NCBI GenBank assembly: GCA_012295275.1
Contig: CM022667.1
Coordinates: 15,810,001 to 15,874,000, forward strand
DNA length: 64,000 nucleotides
DNA from: Chrysomallon squamiferum
Taxonomy: Eukaryota > Animalia > Mollusca
Direction of reading: 5' to 3'
Notes under the pieces: generated by a model
Database searches by the model: none
Told to the model about the DNA's origin: nothing
Seen by the model: the letters and a program-made list of their open reading frames with translations, nothing else
Shown: piece by piece, positions 24,482 to 38,109 of the stretch
Layout of the letters: the number at the start of each line of letters is the position of its first letter
Numbering within the stretch: position 1 is the stretch's first letter
Translations under genes and position numbers: made by a program

Positions 24482-25564
24482 AATAAAACAATAAATAAAA
24501 CAAAGAAGAAGGTTGTTAATGTAAACAAATCCATTGTAAACAACGGTCTATACATATTCATGTATGTATATAATTATAAAATTTGTGTAATGTGTGTTTG
24601 TATTATGCATATATTTTTAGCCTACAGTTTATGATAAAAAAAAAAAAAAGTCATTGTCATTGCCTACTTCGTTTCGGGTGTAAATTCCAGAAAGAAAAAA
24701 ACAAAACAATACAAAACAAACAAAGACAAATTATATAGTAATTGGTTTTATCAACATCAACACACAATTATGCAAGTACGATCACTCCTTAATCAGTTGC
24801 GGCAATTTGCACGTAATTAGGCTGCCCCTTGAGTCGAAATGGTCGCGTTTCTTTGTAATTATTATATGCAGCTAAATGAATATGTTTATTATTAGTGTGT
24901 GCTGATGTCAAAATGAATTCACTCATTTAGATTTAGCGTCAAAAGCAGAAGGACAATAATACACGTAGCTCACATTATGCATTGTTTTAGACGCAATGTC
25001 AAAGTGACAGAAAAAACCAGAAACTTATCGAATTTTCTAAAGCAAAATTTACGGAAAAGTATTCATCAAATCCACTGTATAAATAGATAGATTTAGGACA
25101 AATGAACTATCGTACCACTGACATTATTAAAATAATAAAAGCAATTAAATCATTTCCTGCTATTACCTGAAAGCAGACTTTTTGCAGCCTATGCTAAACA
25201 TGGAAGCTCTAACATAGAAGATAGCCTTTAAGAGAAATATGAAAAGTAAAAAAAAAAAAATAATAATAATAATAAAAATGGTAGAAGTAGTAGTACTGGC
25301 GGTAGTAGTAACAGTAGCAGTTATATTAGTGGTAGTGACTATAACTGTGTTATTGTATTTAAATATATAAATGCAGCATACGACAACGACTAAAAAATAA
25401 TAAACCTAATTTGTTCAGTAACAGAGTAAAAGATATCTGTTATTAGCGAATTTTAATAAAGACACACACATACAAACACCCGCATTTTCACTTCTACATT
25501 TTAGACACTTACTGTCATCATATAGTTCTTTCTACTCGTTTCACCTGATTCCGTCAGAACAGTA

Positions 25565-25566
<2 letters not shown>

Positions 25567-25613
<47 letters not shown>
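25567..25613. repeat. (GT)n microsatellite (equivalent at ~48625-48668)
   Basis: Dinucleotide run. Copy 1 has a short TG/TA run at the same place (~3057-3068). Confidence 0.95.
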
Positions 25614-25615
<2 letters not shown>

Positions 25616-25910
25616 ACCTACCCTGGACAAGAAGAAATTAGGGTTTGTTACAAACAGATGGGAGAAAGAACTATTGATAATATAAAGTTTAGCCATCTTG
25701 GACCAGATTAAATGAGGATGTGAAATTCTTTATTTACCGTTATTGTACGATCGTAATTCAGTTGAGTTTGTCAGTGAAAAAAAATTTGCTGTTAAGTTGG
25801 CGCATAGTGTACTTACTACGTATCTTTGAAAGCATAAATAAAAATGTCTTGTATCTAAAAGGCTTTTGAAAACTTTTGCAGTAATTTATTTTGTGACCAT
25901 AGTTGCTGCT

Positions 25911-25964
25911 TATATAAAGTGCGGTTTCAACTTAGCATCTTTAACGAAAATTCAGAAAGTAAAT
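25911..25964 (+). promoter_or_regulatory. Candidate TATA box/short 5' exon/donor for SLC26 copy 2
   Basis: TATATAAA 25911-25918; AAA|GTAAAT (GT at 25959); homologous to 3692-3746. Confidence 0.4.
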
Positions 25965-26243
25965 GATTTCAGTTTATTTATTTTATTTTAATTTATTTTA
26001 TTTTTAAATTGATTGATTGATTAAACTATTTATTTTTTATTTTTGGCTTAGTTAATTATGTACTTTAGAGGTCAACCACTTTTTGACAATATTACTCTCG
26101 CAGTGTACAATAAACAGACAAATATATTTTTATTTATTTAGTTTATAACCAGTTAATTTTTCACAAACAAGTCTTAAATAAAAAAGATAATGACAAAAAT
26201 AATAATAAAAACAAGAACAATAATAATGTTGAATATGATTATG

Positions 26244-26290
<47 letters not shown>

Positions 26291-27138
26291 GAATTACATA
26301 AAATAAAATAAAATTATCTGCAGAATGATTTATTCTTCATAAACACGGTTTTAAGTTATCTTGAGAGCAATGTATGTTTCTCTACAGTAAACTAAGTCTA
26401 CTTGTAAACTTGTCAGTGATTTGTTACACAAGACAATTTAGTCTGTACTTTTACGAAGCATCAGACAGCTTTAAAGTGTTGTAAATATAACAATAATTTA
26501 AAAAAAAATTTATACGCCAGCAGGTGATATATAGCTATTTGATAAAGGTCTTTCTCCAAGGAAGTCTCTCCAGTATTACCAAGTTGTTATATTTTATATC
26601 CACGTATTAAATTGACTAAAAAACATGATGTTTTTTTTTTCTAAAACGAACTCTCTGTCTTTCACTCTGACCTCACAGGCAAATCTACACCCACACGCGA
26701 CTAACTTTTTTCTCACAGAACTTTTCTCCACTCATACCTCCACCCACATACAAATTCATTTTCTTTCTCATCTTTCCTCAAGACAATGATTTGTTGAAAA
26801 TTAATAGTTTCTTTTTGCTCCTAAGACTTTTTCCTGCTTTTTTCTCAATCAGTTTATTTATTTTTCCACTGCCTGTGTCTCAGTGAACATTCTAGCACTT
26901 TGTATTCTATTCTATAAAACACTGACAAAATTTGTTTAACATGAAAAAATAGTTGTATTTTAATGAAATGAAATGTGTATTTATATATATATTCATATAT
27001 ACTTCAAAACTATTCTAATACATTTCATTTCCTGTCTGATCATAATAAAGCAATGTAACCTTTTATAAGAAAGCTAAATAATTTTATTTAATTTAGAACA
27101 AATTCGTCTATTTGCAGGATCAGGACTCTTCAGCAAAC

Positions 27139-29229
27139 ATGGACATTCCGATGGACGAGAAAACGTCGGACGACATGCTGGGCACCGTGACCATTAAACG
27201 TCGAGTGTACACTCAAAACAAACTGGACAGAACCTATCACAAGGCGCCGACTCCGAAGTCTTTAAAAGATCGCTTTAGAAAGAAATGTCAGTGTTCCAAA
27301 AGTAGCATCCTCCGCGGTTTCATTTCTTTGTTGCCAGTCTTGATGGTCATCAAGCGTTATAACTGGAGACAAAATTTACTTGGCGATTTCCTGGCCGGTT
27401 TATCTGCAGCTTTCATGCATTTTCCTCAAGGCATAGGCTTCGGGATCCTGGCATCACTCAGAGCTGTGCACGGTTTATACAGCACCTTCTTTGCGATCGT
27501 TTTCTACGCCATATTTGGAACCAGTCAGCATGTCTCTTTTGGGACCAATGCAGTTATTGCTCTTCTTACAGCTACCATAGTTGACAGAGAATCTGATTTA
27601 AAGTTCGGCGGTTACGGTAATTCTTCCAATGTAACAGAATCTGGTGAAGATATCGAGAACACGATACTGCAGTATAAAGTAGGAGTAGCAATGGCTGCAA
27701 CGTTTCTGACGGGATTATTTCTACTGGCAATGGGTGTGTTCAGACTCGGGTTTATCACAAACTATCTTGCCGTATCCTTTGTCGGAGGATTCACTACAGC
27801 AGCATCGTTTCACATAACAACCAGTCAAGTCAGCAAGCTGTTTGGATTAAGTATAAAAAGTAAACCAGGAGCTGGCAAAATCGTTTTAATGTACGTGGAC
27901 ATATTTACCAACATCGCAGACACAAACATAGCCGATTTCGTGATAGGAATGATCAGCATTGCCATTTTGCTGGGGGTCAAGGTCGGTATCAACGAACGCT
28001 ACGGAAAGAAACTGAAAATGCCTATTCCTATTGATCTGATAATTGTAATAATTGCGACGATAATTTCCCACTTTGCAGAATTCAACAGAAGATTTGGGAT
28101 GCACGTTGTTGGATTTATTCCTTCAGGAATGCCCGTGCCAAGTCTCCCAGATTTAACAGTGACGACCAGAATCGCTCAGGACAGTTTCATCATTGCTATT
28201 CTCGTATTTGCGATGACGATCTCCATGGCGAAGCTTTGTGCAGCTATACACGACTATGAAGTGGACAGCAATCAGGAATTAGTGGCATACGGAGCGACAA
28301 ACATCCTGTCTTCATTCTTTCAGTGCTTTCCTACCTGTGTCGCTCCACCGAGGTCGATGATTCTCAGCTCTCTGGGATCTAAAACCACTCTGAATGCTGT
28401 ACCGGCAGCCATTTTTATCCTGGTTGTTTTACTGGTCGCTGGACAGCTGTTTGTATCACTACCTATCGCCGTTCTTGCTGCGATGATTATGGTGGCGATG
28501 AAGAATTTACTTCTGCAGGTAAAACAGCTTCCAGTTCTTTGGAAGATCAGCAAGGCAGACTTCATCATTTGGCTGACGACGGCGCTTGTATCCATCCTAG
28601 TAGATCTGGATATCGGACTTATTGCTGGAATTGGTGTCTCCATCTTTTCAATCATCGTCCAGAGCCAGTTTTCGACTGGTCAGCTTGTTGGCATCTCGGA
28701 AAAAGAGGACGTATATCTGGACGTAAAATATCATAAAGATATAAAAGAACTTAAAGGAATTAAGATATTTTATTTCAGCACAACACTTTTCTTCGCCAGC
28801 GCTGAACGATTCAAGTCCCAGCTTTTTGAGAAGACATTTCATCCTTTAAAATACGAAATCATTCCAAAAGGTGTTGCAATACAAGCTGATGGTATAAAAG
28901 ATACAAATTCCCTCGAAGACGCCGAGGAAGAAAAACATAATAAAATAGAAATTGAAAGTGAAACTGAAAATCCAATTCATCACATTATCATTGATTGTTC
29001 GGCTATGACTTACATAGACATGGCTGGCGTAAATGTTCTTAAACTGGTAGTCACACAATTCCAGCGAGTGGGAACAGAAATATTTTTAGCAAACTGTTGT
29101 CGCTATATGCTGTCGGTGTTGGAGAAATCACAGATATACGACATTCTGCCTAAGAGCCACGTTTTTTACGATGTTCATGATGCTGTAACCGAGGCATGCA
29201 TGGGTCAGAAAATTACTTTAAATCTGTAG
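27139..29229 (+). CDS. SLC26/SulP-family anion transporter (prestin-like, STAS), copy 2, 696 aa from the first ATG of the exon
   Basis: Intact ORF with 4 aa differences from copy 1 (V3I, S146T, P436Q, T603I). The ORF-track start at 27112 is a TTG upstream of the splice acceptor. Confidence 0.96.
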   Translation: MDIPMDEKTSDDMLGTVTIKRRVYTQNKLDRTYHKAPTPKSLKDRFRKKCQCSKSSILRGFISLLPVLMVIKRYNWRQNLLGDFLAGLSAAFMHFPQGIGFGILASLRAVHGLYSTFFAIVFYAIFGTSQHVSFGTNAVIALLTATIVDRESDLKFGGYGNSSNVTESGEDIENTILQYKVGVAMAATFLTGLFLLAMGVFRLGFITNYLAVSFVGGFTTAASFHITTSQVSKLFGLSIKSKPGAGKIVLMYVDIFTNIADTNIADFVIGMISIAILLGVKVGINERYGKKLKMPIPIDLIIVIIATIISHFAEFNRRFGMHVVGFIPSGMPVPSLPDLTVTTRIAQDSFIIAILVFAMTISMAKLCAAIHDYEVDSNQELVAYGATNILSSFFQCFPTCVAPPRSMILSSLGSKTTLNAVPAAIFILVVLLVAGQLFVSLPIAVLAAMIMVAMKNLLLQVKQLPVLWKISKADFIIWLTTALVSILVDLDIGLIAGIGVSIFSIIVQSQFSTGQLVGISEKEDVYLDVKYHKDIKELKGIKIFYFSTTLFFASAERFKSQLFEKTFHPLKYEIIPKGVAIQADGIKDTNSLEDAEEEKHNKIEIESETENPIHHIIIDCSAMTYIDMAGVNVLKLVVTQFQRVGTEIFLANCCRYMLSVLEKSQIYDILPKSHVFYDVHDAVTEACMGQKITLNL

Positions 29230-30958
29230 TAATATGTTGTCCTATTTTTATGCACATTCCAGCTGAAAGAAAATGACGGGACATTTAGTGCATGGAGGAT
29301 TATGTGTATTTGTGTATTGTTTGTGTATTAATTGTGCTTTTGTATGTGAGTGTGCACGCACGCTCACGCACGTGAACTTGTCTGTCCATCTTTTTATACT
29401 GAGAAGGCGTAAAAACAATTTTGATATATTATTATTATTATTATTATTATTATATAGATTTACAATCCCTTATCTGAACGATTTCGAACTGTAAATATTT
29501 TGGAAAGCAAAGAGACAGTCTGAGATTAGGATCTAAGTCTAAAAACGATTTCCATTTATATTTCTTTTACAGCATATATAATCCGAAAACTATCACTACT
29601 TCTACTGTTTGGAACAAGTTTTCCTTCTAAATTTCGGAAAAGTGGTCCTGAACCTTAATAATAGTAATAATAATAATAATAATAGTAATAGTAATAATAA
29701 TAATAACAACAACAATAATAATAAAAGTTTGAAATCAATATATTTGCTTATTATTATTATTATTATAACTGGATGATGTTATGCAAGAAAAATGCATGAG
29801 GTATAAAAATATTTAGCTTTACTGTACTGAAATAAAAGTTATTAAATTTCTGTGATACAGTGTCTATAATTATCATATTATTTTAACTACATGAAGTTAA
29901 CAATTATTTTTAAATAAAAGTAAAACTTTAGTCATAAAATCAAGCTGTTACTAGATTTCTGTCAAAAAATAGTGTCGATATAGGCCACTATTACCGTGTT
30001 GTTTAATTTTTTGGTAGACCTTTCAAGAGTTATCTTTCTTTAATTAGCGTCTACTGGAAATGTAACAGGTTAATGATTTAAAATATCTATTATGACTGAG
30101 TCTCCCTCCCAGTTAAAAGACAATATATTAAATAATTATAATAAAAATGATGATGATGATGATGATGATGATAATAATAACAATAATAATAACATAAATA
30201 CTACTACTACTACTACTACAACTATTACTACTACTACTACTACTACTACTACTAATAATAATAAATTAATAAATAAATAAATAAAAAGAAAAATAGAGAA
30301 AAAATAAGTTTCGTTTAAATAATTTAATAACATCTTATTCTATATTAATTATAAAATTACATAACTGTTGCCAGAGGCGTAGCATTGGTTGCCAGAGCCC
30401 GGGACCCGGGAAGTGTATTGCGCGCACTGATCTGTGAAAATTAGTCATTCCCCGAGCCCCTCCCACTAGTCGAGTAGTGAAACCCGCCTCTTTCCCTCCA
30501 TTACAAAACACCACATTTTCTGTAATCTTTAATAATCCACGTTTTCTGTTCTTCGTTAATTTATTTTAAATCTTTTTGTTTTATTTTCTAAAGCGTGCTT
30601 ATTCTTTGTTGTTTCAGGTTGCAAATTTTTTTAAAATACACTCTCATATTTTTTCTTCAACTTTTTTTCCTGCTTGAACCCGATATTTTTCTTTACTGCT
30701 AATCCTGTCATTAATGAATCAACAGCTTTATCGTGTAAAACCCAAAAGTAACTAATTCATATTTCAGGTTGTCATTATACGATGTATACATAAGATATCT
30801 AGTTATCATTAATATTACACACGCGCGCACACACGCGCACACTGTCACACACACACCTATAGACCACAATATGGTATTTAATTAATACTATTTCTGGAAT
30901 AACTTAATTTTATTGTCGAAGTGTGGTAGCTGGTTTTGTCTGTAGTATGATAATGCGT

Positions 30959-33640
30959 GGCGTATTTCACAGTATTTGGATACAGAAGAAATTAGTGTTA
31001 TACATGTATGAAGGTTCAGTATTATTTTTATCTTCATATTTAAATAGCAGTTATCGTTGACGTCAACACGACATGAATTACTGCAGGATTGTTTTGTCTT
31101 TCTTTTTAATAAATAAAAAAAAATCTATAAATAAATAAAAACGGAAAATAATTAATGAGAATATAAGTAAATAAATAAATAAGTAAACAAATAAACAAAC
31201 CTATTTATAGCTAATGTATTAAGGTTCAGTATGGTTATTATCATGTTTAAATAATAGTATTGTTGATGGACTAAATACAGTTTTGTTAAGACAGATGTTT
31301 TTTTTTACAGCCTGCCATTACTCGTATTTGTTTGCCGTCAACATCACGTGAATTACTGCAGACTTGTTGCATCATTCATTCTGTCAACTGTTGTATTTCT
31401 AATAATAAACAAATCTACAAAAAAAAAAAAAAAAAAAAAAAAACAACGAAAAAACCAAACATATATGCGAAAGTAAATAGATACATAAATAAGTAAACAA
31501 ACAAGTAAATAAATAAATAGATAGATAAATAAACAACCATTTTGTAACTGATACAGAGAAATGATTATGCTTCTTTTTCTTTTGTTTGACATTATGTATG
31601 CATGTCTTTGTTCTATTCTCGTTCACTAAGACGCTCAGAAAGATTGCATTTTTAAAAATTTTATTAATATGTTTTATATTTTATTAATTGTCAGAAGTAT
31701 TTGAGACAACAACAACAACAACAACAAAACTAACAATAATAACGCATATTTGATAGTATTTTTTATCCCGGTAGGAATAAGTACAACTAATACATTTTGA
31801 AAAACCAAACACACTATAATAATAATATACATAGAAAATACAAATAAAAAAAATAAAAACTAATATGCAGAATATACATTTAATATATGGATTCAAGGAT
31901 AAGGGCTAGATATCTAGCCCTTATCCTTAAATCCAGGATAATTTGTGTTTATTACTAACTTAAATAAAGCTTGTGTAGATCTGAATTCCTTTCAAATAAA
32001 TGACTGATTCTTTTTCCTCTTATTCAAGTATATAGAGCAGAAAGCACTAACATAGAAATGGGGACGAAGGCGTTAACATAAGTACGTGACATACTATAAG
32101 AAAAATAATTTTATGGGAAAAAATTAACTTAGTTCAGGCTCCTTTTCAACGAGACCCTTAATAAAACAGTAATCTCTATTGTCAACCGTTTTTTAACTTT
32201 CACATATTCTTTAAACCATAAACTTGTTTTCAAAGTATTAACGAATTCAAAGCATTTGTTATAACTGAAAATAATAGTTATAAATTTTGCTCTGTGACTG
32301 CAACACAAATGTAAATCGTTATAAATTCTTTAAATCATAAAATGACATTTCGGACCAAAAGAATAGCATAACGTTTAGAATGAGTTAGAAGGGTAGAATA
32401 ATAAGAATATCGCTTAATGAGAAAAACCGTAACGGGTTTCTTAAGTTATGCTTATATTAATGGGTGTCTATGTTTTGTTCCATTTGATTTACCTTTATAG
32501 ACTGCACATTTTTATTTTTATTTTTATTTTTTTTATTTATATTATTCTGTTTTAATTGATTATTTTAAAATTTATTTTATTTATTTATTCATTTATTTAT
32601 TTATTTATTTATTTATTCTTCTCTTGAAGCGTTTTTTATTCAGCGAACAAGAGCAAACACTGCTTTTATTCTTAACTGGAAAATAAGAAATCAAACAGAA
32701 AACGAATAACAAAGAACAAAAAAAACCACAAAAACTAAGCACATCTATTATACATTACAGATCACTCAGACGGATAACCGCAGCAATGCGCTCTTCACGT
32801 GATTTGCCGAGTCCTTGCAACCTTGGCCGTATCAGATTTATTAAACTTATTTATAGACCACGTGGCACACTGACATACATTCTTCACGTTTTAGCTTGAA
32901 ATATATACCATACTGATCCTTTTTTCTTAAATGAAAGATTCACGAAAATTAGTTCATTGTTTTTTCTGCTCTGTTTTTTTTCAGTCAGCAATTCAGTTGA
33001 ATATATCAAAAATCTGTAATAACCAGTAATCGTATTGTAAACCGTATTTCAACTATCACACATTCTTTGAACTATTAATGAATTCAAACATTTGTTAGAT
33101 ATGAAAATAATGGGAAAAAATCTCAAATTCTTTGAATCTAAATTTATACTGCTTATGTATGACGTTAGTGGCGTTTGCTTTTATTTTAAAAATTATTTTA
33201 TTTAATATATTTTATTATTGTTTTTAATGAGCAGTAGGTAGAATGGTACAAACATATTAAGAGTATCTAATAGCTTAGTGAATATGATCGTTCAATTGTT
33301 TTCCAGTGTTTTACTCTGTGACTGCAACAAAAATGTAAATCATTATAAATTCTTTAAACCATAAAATGACACTTCGGACCAAAAGAATAGCTCAACGTTT
33401 TAGAATGAGTTAGAACGATAGAATCAAAAAAATGTCGCTTAATGAGAAAAACCCGTAACGGGTTTCTTAAGTTATGCTTATATTAATGGGTGTCTATGTG
33501 TTTTTTTCTTATTTATCTTTCCAGACTTTTTTCAGTTTTATTTTTTTATTTTTAAATTTCTTTCATTTATTTATTCATTCTTCTAATAAAGCATTTTGGA
33601 TTGAACGAACAACAGAAGGAACCTTGCCTATATTCTTAGC

Positions 33641-33675
<35 letters not shown>

Positions 33676-36600
33676 AAATGACCCCAGCAGTTACATAAAA
33701 GAAATGAAATCTGAATCATAAACAAATTTAACAGTAAACGTGTGTTCGTCGATTAACCAATTTGTTTACTTTGATTAATAATCAATCAGTTAATTTTAAA
33801 TCAGTGTTAAAGTATTCACATTTATTATGTATCACAGATCAGTCACCTGTAGAACTGCAGCAATGCGCACTTCACGTGATTTGTCGAGTCCTTGCAATTT
33901 TGGCCATATCAAATTTATCAATCAGTTTATAGACAATGTCACACTGACATACATTCTTCACGTTTTAGCTTGAAATATATAATATACTGATCCTTTTTTG
34001 CTTAATTGAAAGATTCATGAAAATTAGTTCTTTGTTTCTTTTGCTTTTTTTCAGTCAGCATTTCATATGAATACATTAAACATCTGTAATAACCAGTAAT
34101 CCTGTGGTCAACCGTCTTTCAACTATCACACATTCTTTGAACTATTAATTTGTTAGATATGAAAATAATGGGGAAAAATCTTAAATTGTTTGAATCTGAA
34201 TTTATACTGCTTATGTTTGACATCAGTGACGTTCACTTTATTTTATTTATTTATTTCATTTATTTTATTATTATTTTTAATGAGCAATGGGCAGAATGCT
34301 ACAAACATCTTAAGAGTATCGAATAGATGAGAAACAGCTTAGTGAATATGACCGTTCACTTGTTTTCCAGTGTTTTACTCTGTGACTGCAACAAAAATGT
34401 AAATCATTATAAATTCTTTAAACCATAAGATGACACTTCGGACCAAAAGAATAGCATAACTTATAGAATGAGATAGAACGGTAGAATAATAAAAAATATC
34501 CCTTAATGAGAAAAAATCCGTTACGGGCATTTCTTAAGGCTTGCGTATATTAATGCATTTTTATGTTTTGTTCTATTTGATTTGGCTTTATTCGGCGTAT
34601 TTCACAGTATTTGCATTGAAAAGACATTAGTTTTATACCTGTATGAAGGTTCAGCATTGTTATTATTATCATGTTTATATAGTAGTTATTGTTGACGTTA
34701 ACATGACATGAATTACTGCAGAACTGTTCCAGCTTTGATCCTGTTATTTGCTGTGTTTGTAATAATAAAAAAATATATGAAAAAAAAAGAAAGATTAGAA
34801 GAATCAATGAGAAAGCAAGTAAGTAAGTAAGTAAATAAGTAAGTAAGTAAGTAAATAAATAAATAAAAAACCAACAAATAAACAAACCAATTTATTAATG
34901 TATTAAGTTTCAGTATTATTATTATTATCATGTTTAAATAGTAGTATTGCTTGACGTATTAATCAACCAAAGACATTTTTTGCTACGACTGTTTTATTTA
35001 CATCTAGCCATTACTCTGATTTGTTTGCCGTCAACATCACGTGAATAACTGCAGACTTGCTGCATTATTCATTCTGTCAGCTACTGTATTTGTAGTAATA
35101 AACAAACCTATAAAAAATAAACAAGCAAATAACAATGAATGAATAAGTAAATAAATAAATAAATAAGTAAACAAACCAAGCAACCAATTAACCAATAGAA
35201 AATAAATAAAATAAAATAAAATAAATAAATAAATAAACAAACCAATTTATAACTAATCCAGAGAAATTATTATGGTTCTTTTTCTTTTGTATATTTGACA
35301 TTATCTGTATGCATGTCTTTGTTCTGTTCTCGTTCACTAAGACGCTAAGAAAGTTTATATATATTTTTTTAAATTTTATTATTTGTCAGAAGTATTTGAG
35401 AAAGCAGCAGCAACAACAACAACAATAATAACGCATATTAGATAATATTTTGATTAATTTCCTACAAATATCTTATCCTTGAATGTTTTAAATACAACTA
35501 AACAAAAAAACAAAACAAAAAAGAAACAAACAAAAACAAACACACTATAAGACGAACATAAAAAAACAGAAAATTAAGAAAATAATAATAATAATAATAA
35601 TAACACGACAGAATATATACATTTTTTATCTTTCTTTCTTATTTTCTTTTCTCTAAATTGATATCTAACCTTTATGCTTAAGTGCAGGATAATGTGTGTT
35701 TATGGCTAACTTAAATAAAAATTCAATGGATCTGAATACCTTTCAAATGACTGCCTGATTCTTTTACCTCTTATTCTAGTATATAGAGCATAAAGTTCTA
35801 ACATGGACACGGGAAGGAAGGACGTTAATATAAGTACGTAACATACTACAAGAAAAATACTTAGTTAGAAAAAATTAACTTAGTTCAGGTTCCGTTAAAA
35901 CGAATCTCTTAATACACCAGTAATCGCTATTGTCATTTATTCCTCAAAACCATACAACTTGTTTTCAACTATTAATGAATTTAAAGCATTTGTTACAACT
36001 GAAAATAATAATCTTAAAGCCACGTAATGCGAAAAATTCTTAAATGTTGCTCTGTGATTGGAAAAAAAAGAAGTAAATCTCTATAAATTCTTTAAACCAT
36101 AAAATGACACTTCGGAGCAAAAGAAGAACATAACTTTTAGAATGAGTTAGAAAGGCAGAATAATTAAAATATCGCTAAATGACAAAAAAAAAAAAACGTT
36201 ACGGGCGTTTCTTATTACTGCATTTCTATATTTTGTTCTATTTTTCCTTTATAGCTTGAGACGGGGTTTTTTTGTTGTTGTTTTTCAGTTTTAATTGATT
36301 ATTTCTAAATTTCTTTTATTTATTTATTTATTCTTCTCTTAAAGGAAACCTTGTCTTTATTCTTAACTGTAAAGAAAAAGAAAAACCAGAATAATAAGAA
36401 TCAGAATTTCTTTTAATAACCTCCCCAGCAATTACATAAAAGAGATGAAAACTGAAACATAAACAAATACAAAATCAAACATGTCGATTAGTCATTTTCA
36501 TAAGGTTGATTAAAAATGAATCATGCATCTTTAAACCAGTGTTAAACTATGCACGTTTATTATGTTTCATTGGTCACACAGCTGGACAAATGCAGCAATG

Positions 36601-36770
36601 TGCACTTCACGTGATTTGACCAGTCCTTGCAACCTTGGCCGTATCAGATTTATCAATGAATTTATAGACAGCATGTCACACTGACATAATTTCTTTACGT
36701 TTGAAATATATACCATATTGATCCTTTGTATTAGATAAAATACTCACGAAAATCAGTTTTTTTTTCTTTG
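30959..36770. repeat. Nested degenerate direct repeats, unit 2
   Basis: Colinear with 10173-16050. Confidence 0.85.
31889..31934. repeat. Spacerless palindrome (34 bp perfect; 46 bp with one mismatched pair)
   Basis: AAGGATAAGGGCTAGAT|ATCTAGCCCTTATCCTT at 31895-31928, flanked by GGATT/AATCC. Confidence 0.95.
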
Positions 36771-36938
36771 TGCTTTGTTTTCAAAAATCTGACAGCGCAC
36801 AATCGTTCTGTTTACCTAACTGCACATAAGTCAGCGAGTAATACAGACCATGTAGTCTTAGATAATAACTTAGAAAGGATAAATAAGAACTTAGAAAGGA
36901 TAATGATAATGAAACAGATACATACCATAGACACAAGA

Positions 36939-36940
<2 letters not shown>

Positions 36941-37022
<82 letters not shown>
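36941..37022. repeat. (GA)n microsatellite at the outer junction of the inverted-repeat left arm
   Basis: Dinucleotide run. A second (GA)n lies at ~38053-38106, mirrored by (TC)n at ~43050-43133. Confidence 0.97.
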
Positions 37023-37025
<3 letters not shown>

Positions 37026-38047
37026 CACGTTTTCTCGAGATAGAATGTACATCGAATGAATACAAGCAAAGTCAGATGACAATTTATACCCATATTTGGT
37101 TTTATGTCACGAATGTTTCCAGAAGAAAAAAAAAAAGAAAGAGAGAGATGATGTTGCAGAAAGTGTCAGTTTTAAAATGTTAATTTGAACAAAATCCAAA
37201 GTCCCTATTTATTTATTTATTCTTTTTTTCTTTTCTTTTTTTTAATTCTAATTTTTTTCCCCTTTTTTGAATCGCTGTGACCTTATTATGTATTATTATG
37301 TATTATTATTATTATTATTTTTTAATTAGTTTTACCACACCCTATCTTTCCAGTTCCCACAAATAAATAACTACCTACGAAAAATATTTTTACCGCGCCG
37401 TAGATTTACATCTAGGTTTATCGTAAGCTGTGATTTAAGCTAACAGATAGGTCTGATTTAACTGTATATTGCATTGTAATTTAGATCCATGTCCACCGTT
37501 AAATAAAACTGATATGCTTTTATGCTTTTAGATATTTTAAATGATTTAATTTAAAAAAAAAATATCTAAACTGAATTCAGAAAGGATCATAATTTAAGCT
37601 AAATATTTTTTGTTGTTTAAATATATATTGAGATCTGAATTGAAATTAATGCACGTGAAAAATCAAATTTATATATCGTTTTAATTCATGTTTCTGTACG
37701 GTCTATAATTTGAATTGATACATGAAATTAAGTATTGCACATCTTTTATTTTAAGAATGTCACTGTTGTTCTAGATTTTAAAAATACTTTTTCATATCAT
37801 CATAGAAGTGATTTGTTTAGAGTAATGTTAATGATATCTGTATTCCTGATAGATGTCTGCATTTCTGTGTGATTAACAGCGAGCAATTACATTCATTTAT
37901 AAATGTATAAATGTTTGAACTTTTTTCTATGTATGTTTATGTGTATTTTCGGAACTACGTTTGCAATTGAACGGGAGAGAGACATTGCATGTTTTATATG
38001 TGTGTGAGTGTGCGTATAATTGTGCGAGTGTGCGTTTAAGTGTGTGC

Positions 38048-38109
<62 letters not shown>

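Noticed and set aside
27112-27138. ORF-track N-terminus MQDQDSSAN (also 50217)
   Set aside because: The start is a TTG lying upstream of the splice acceptor, an artefact of prokaryote-style start calling. DQDSSAN is translated only if an upstream exon is spliced in.
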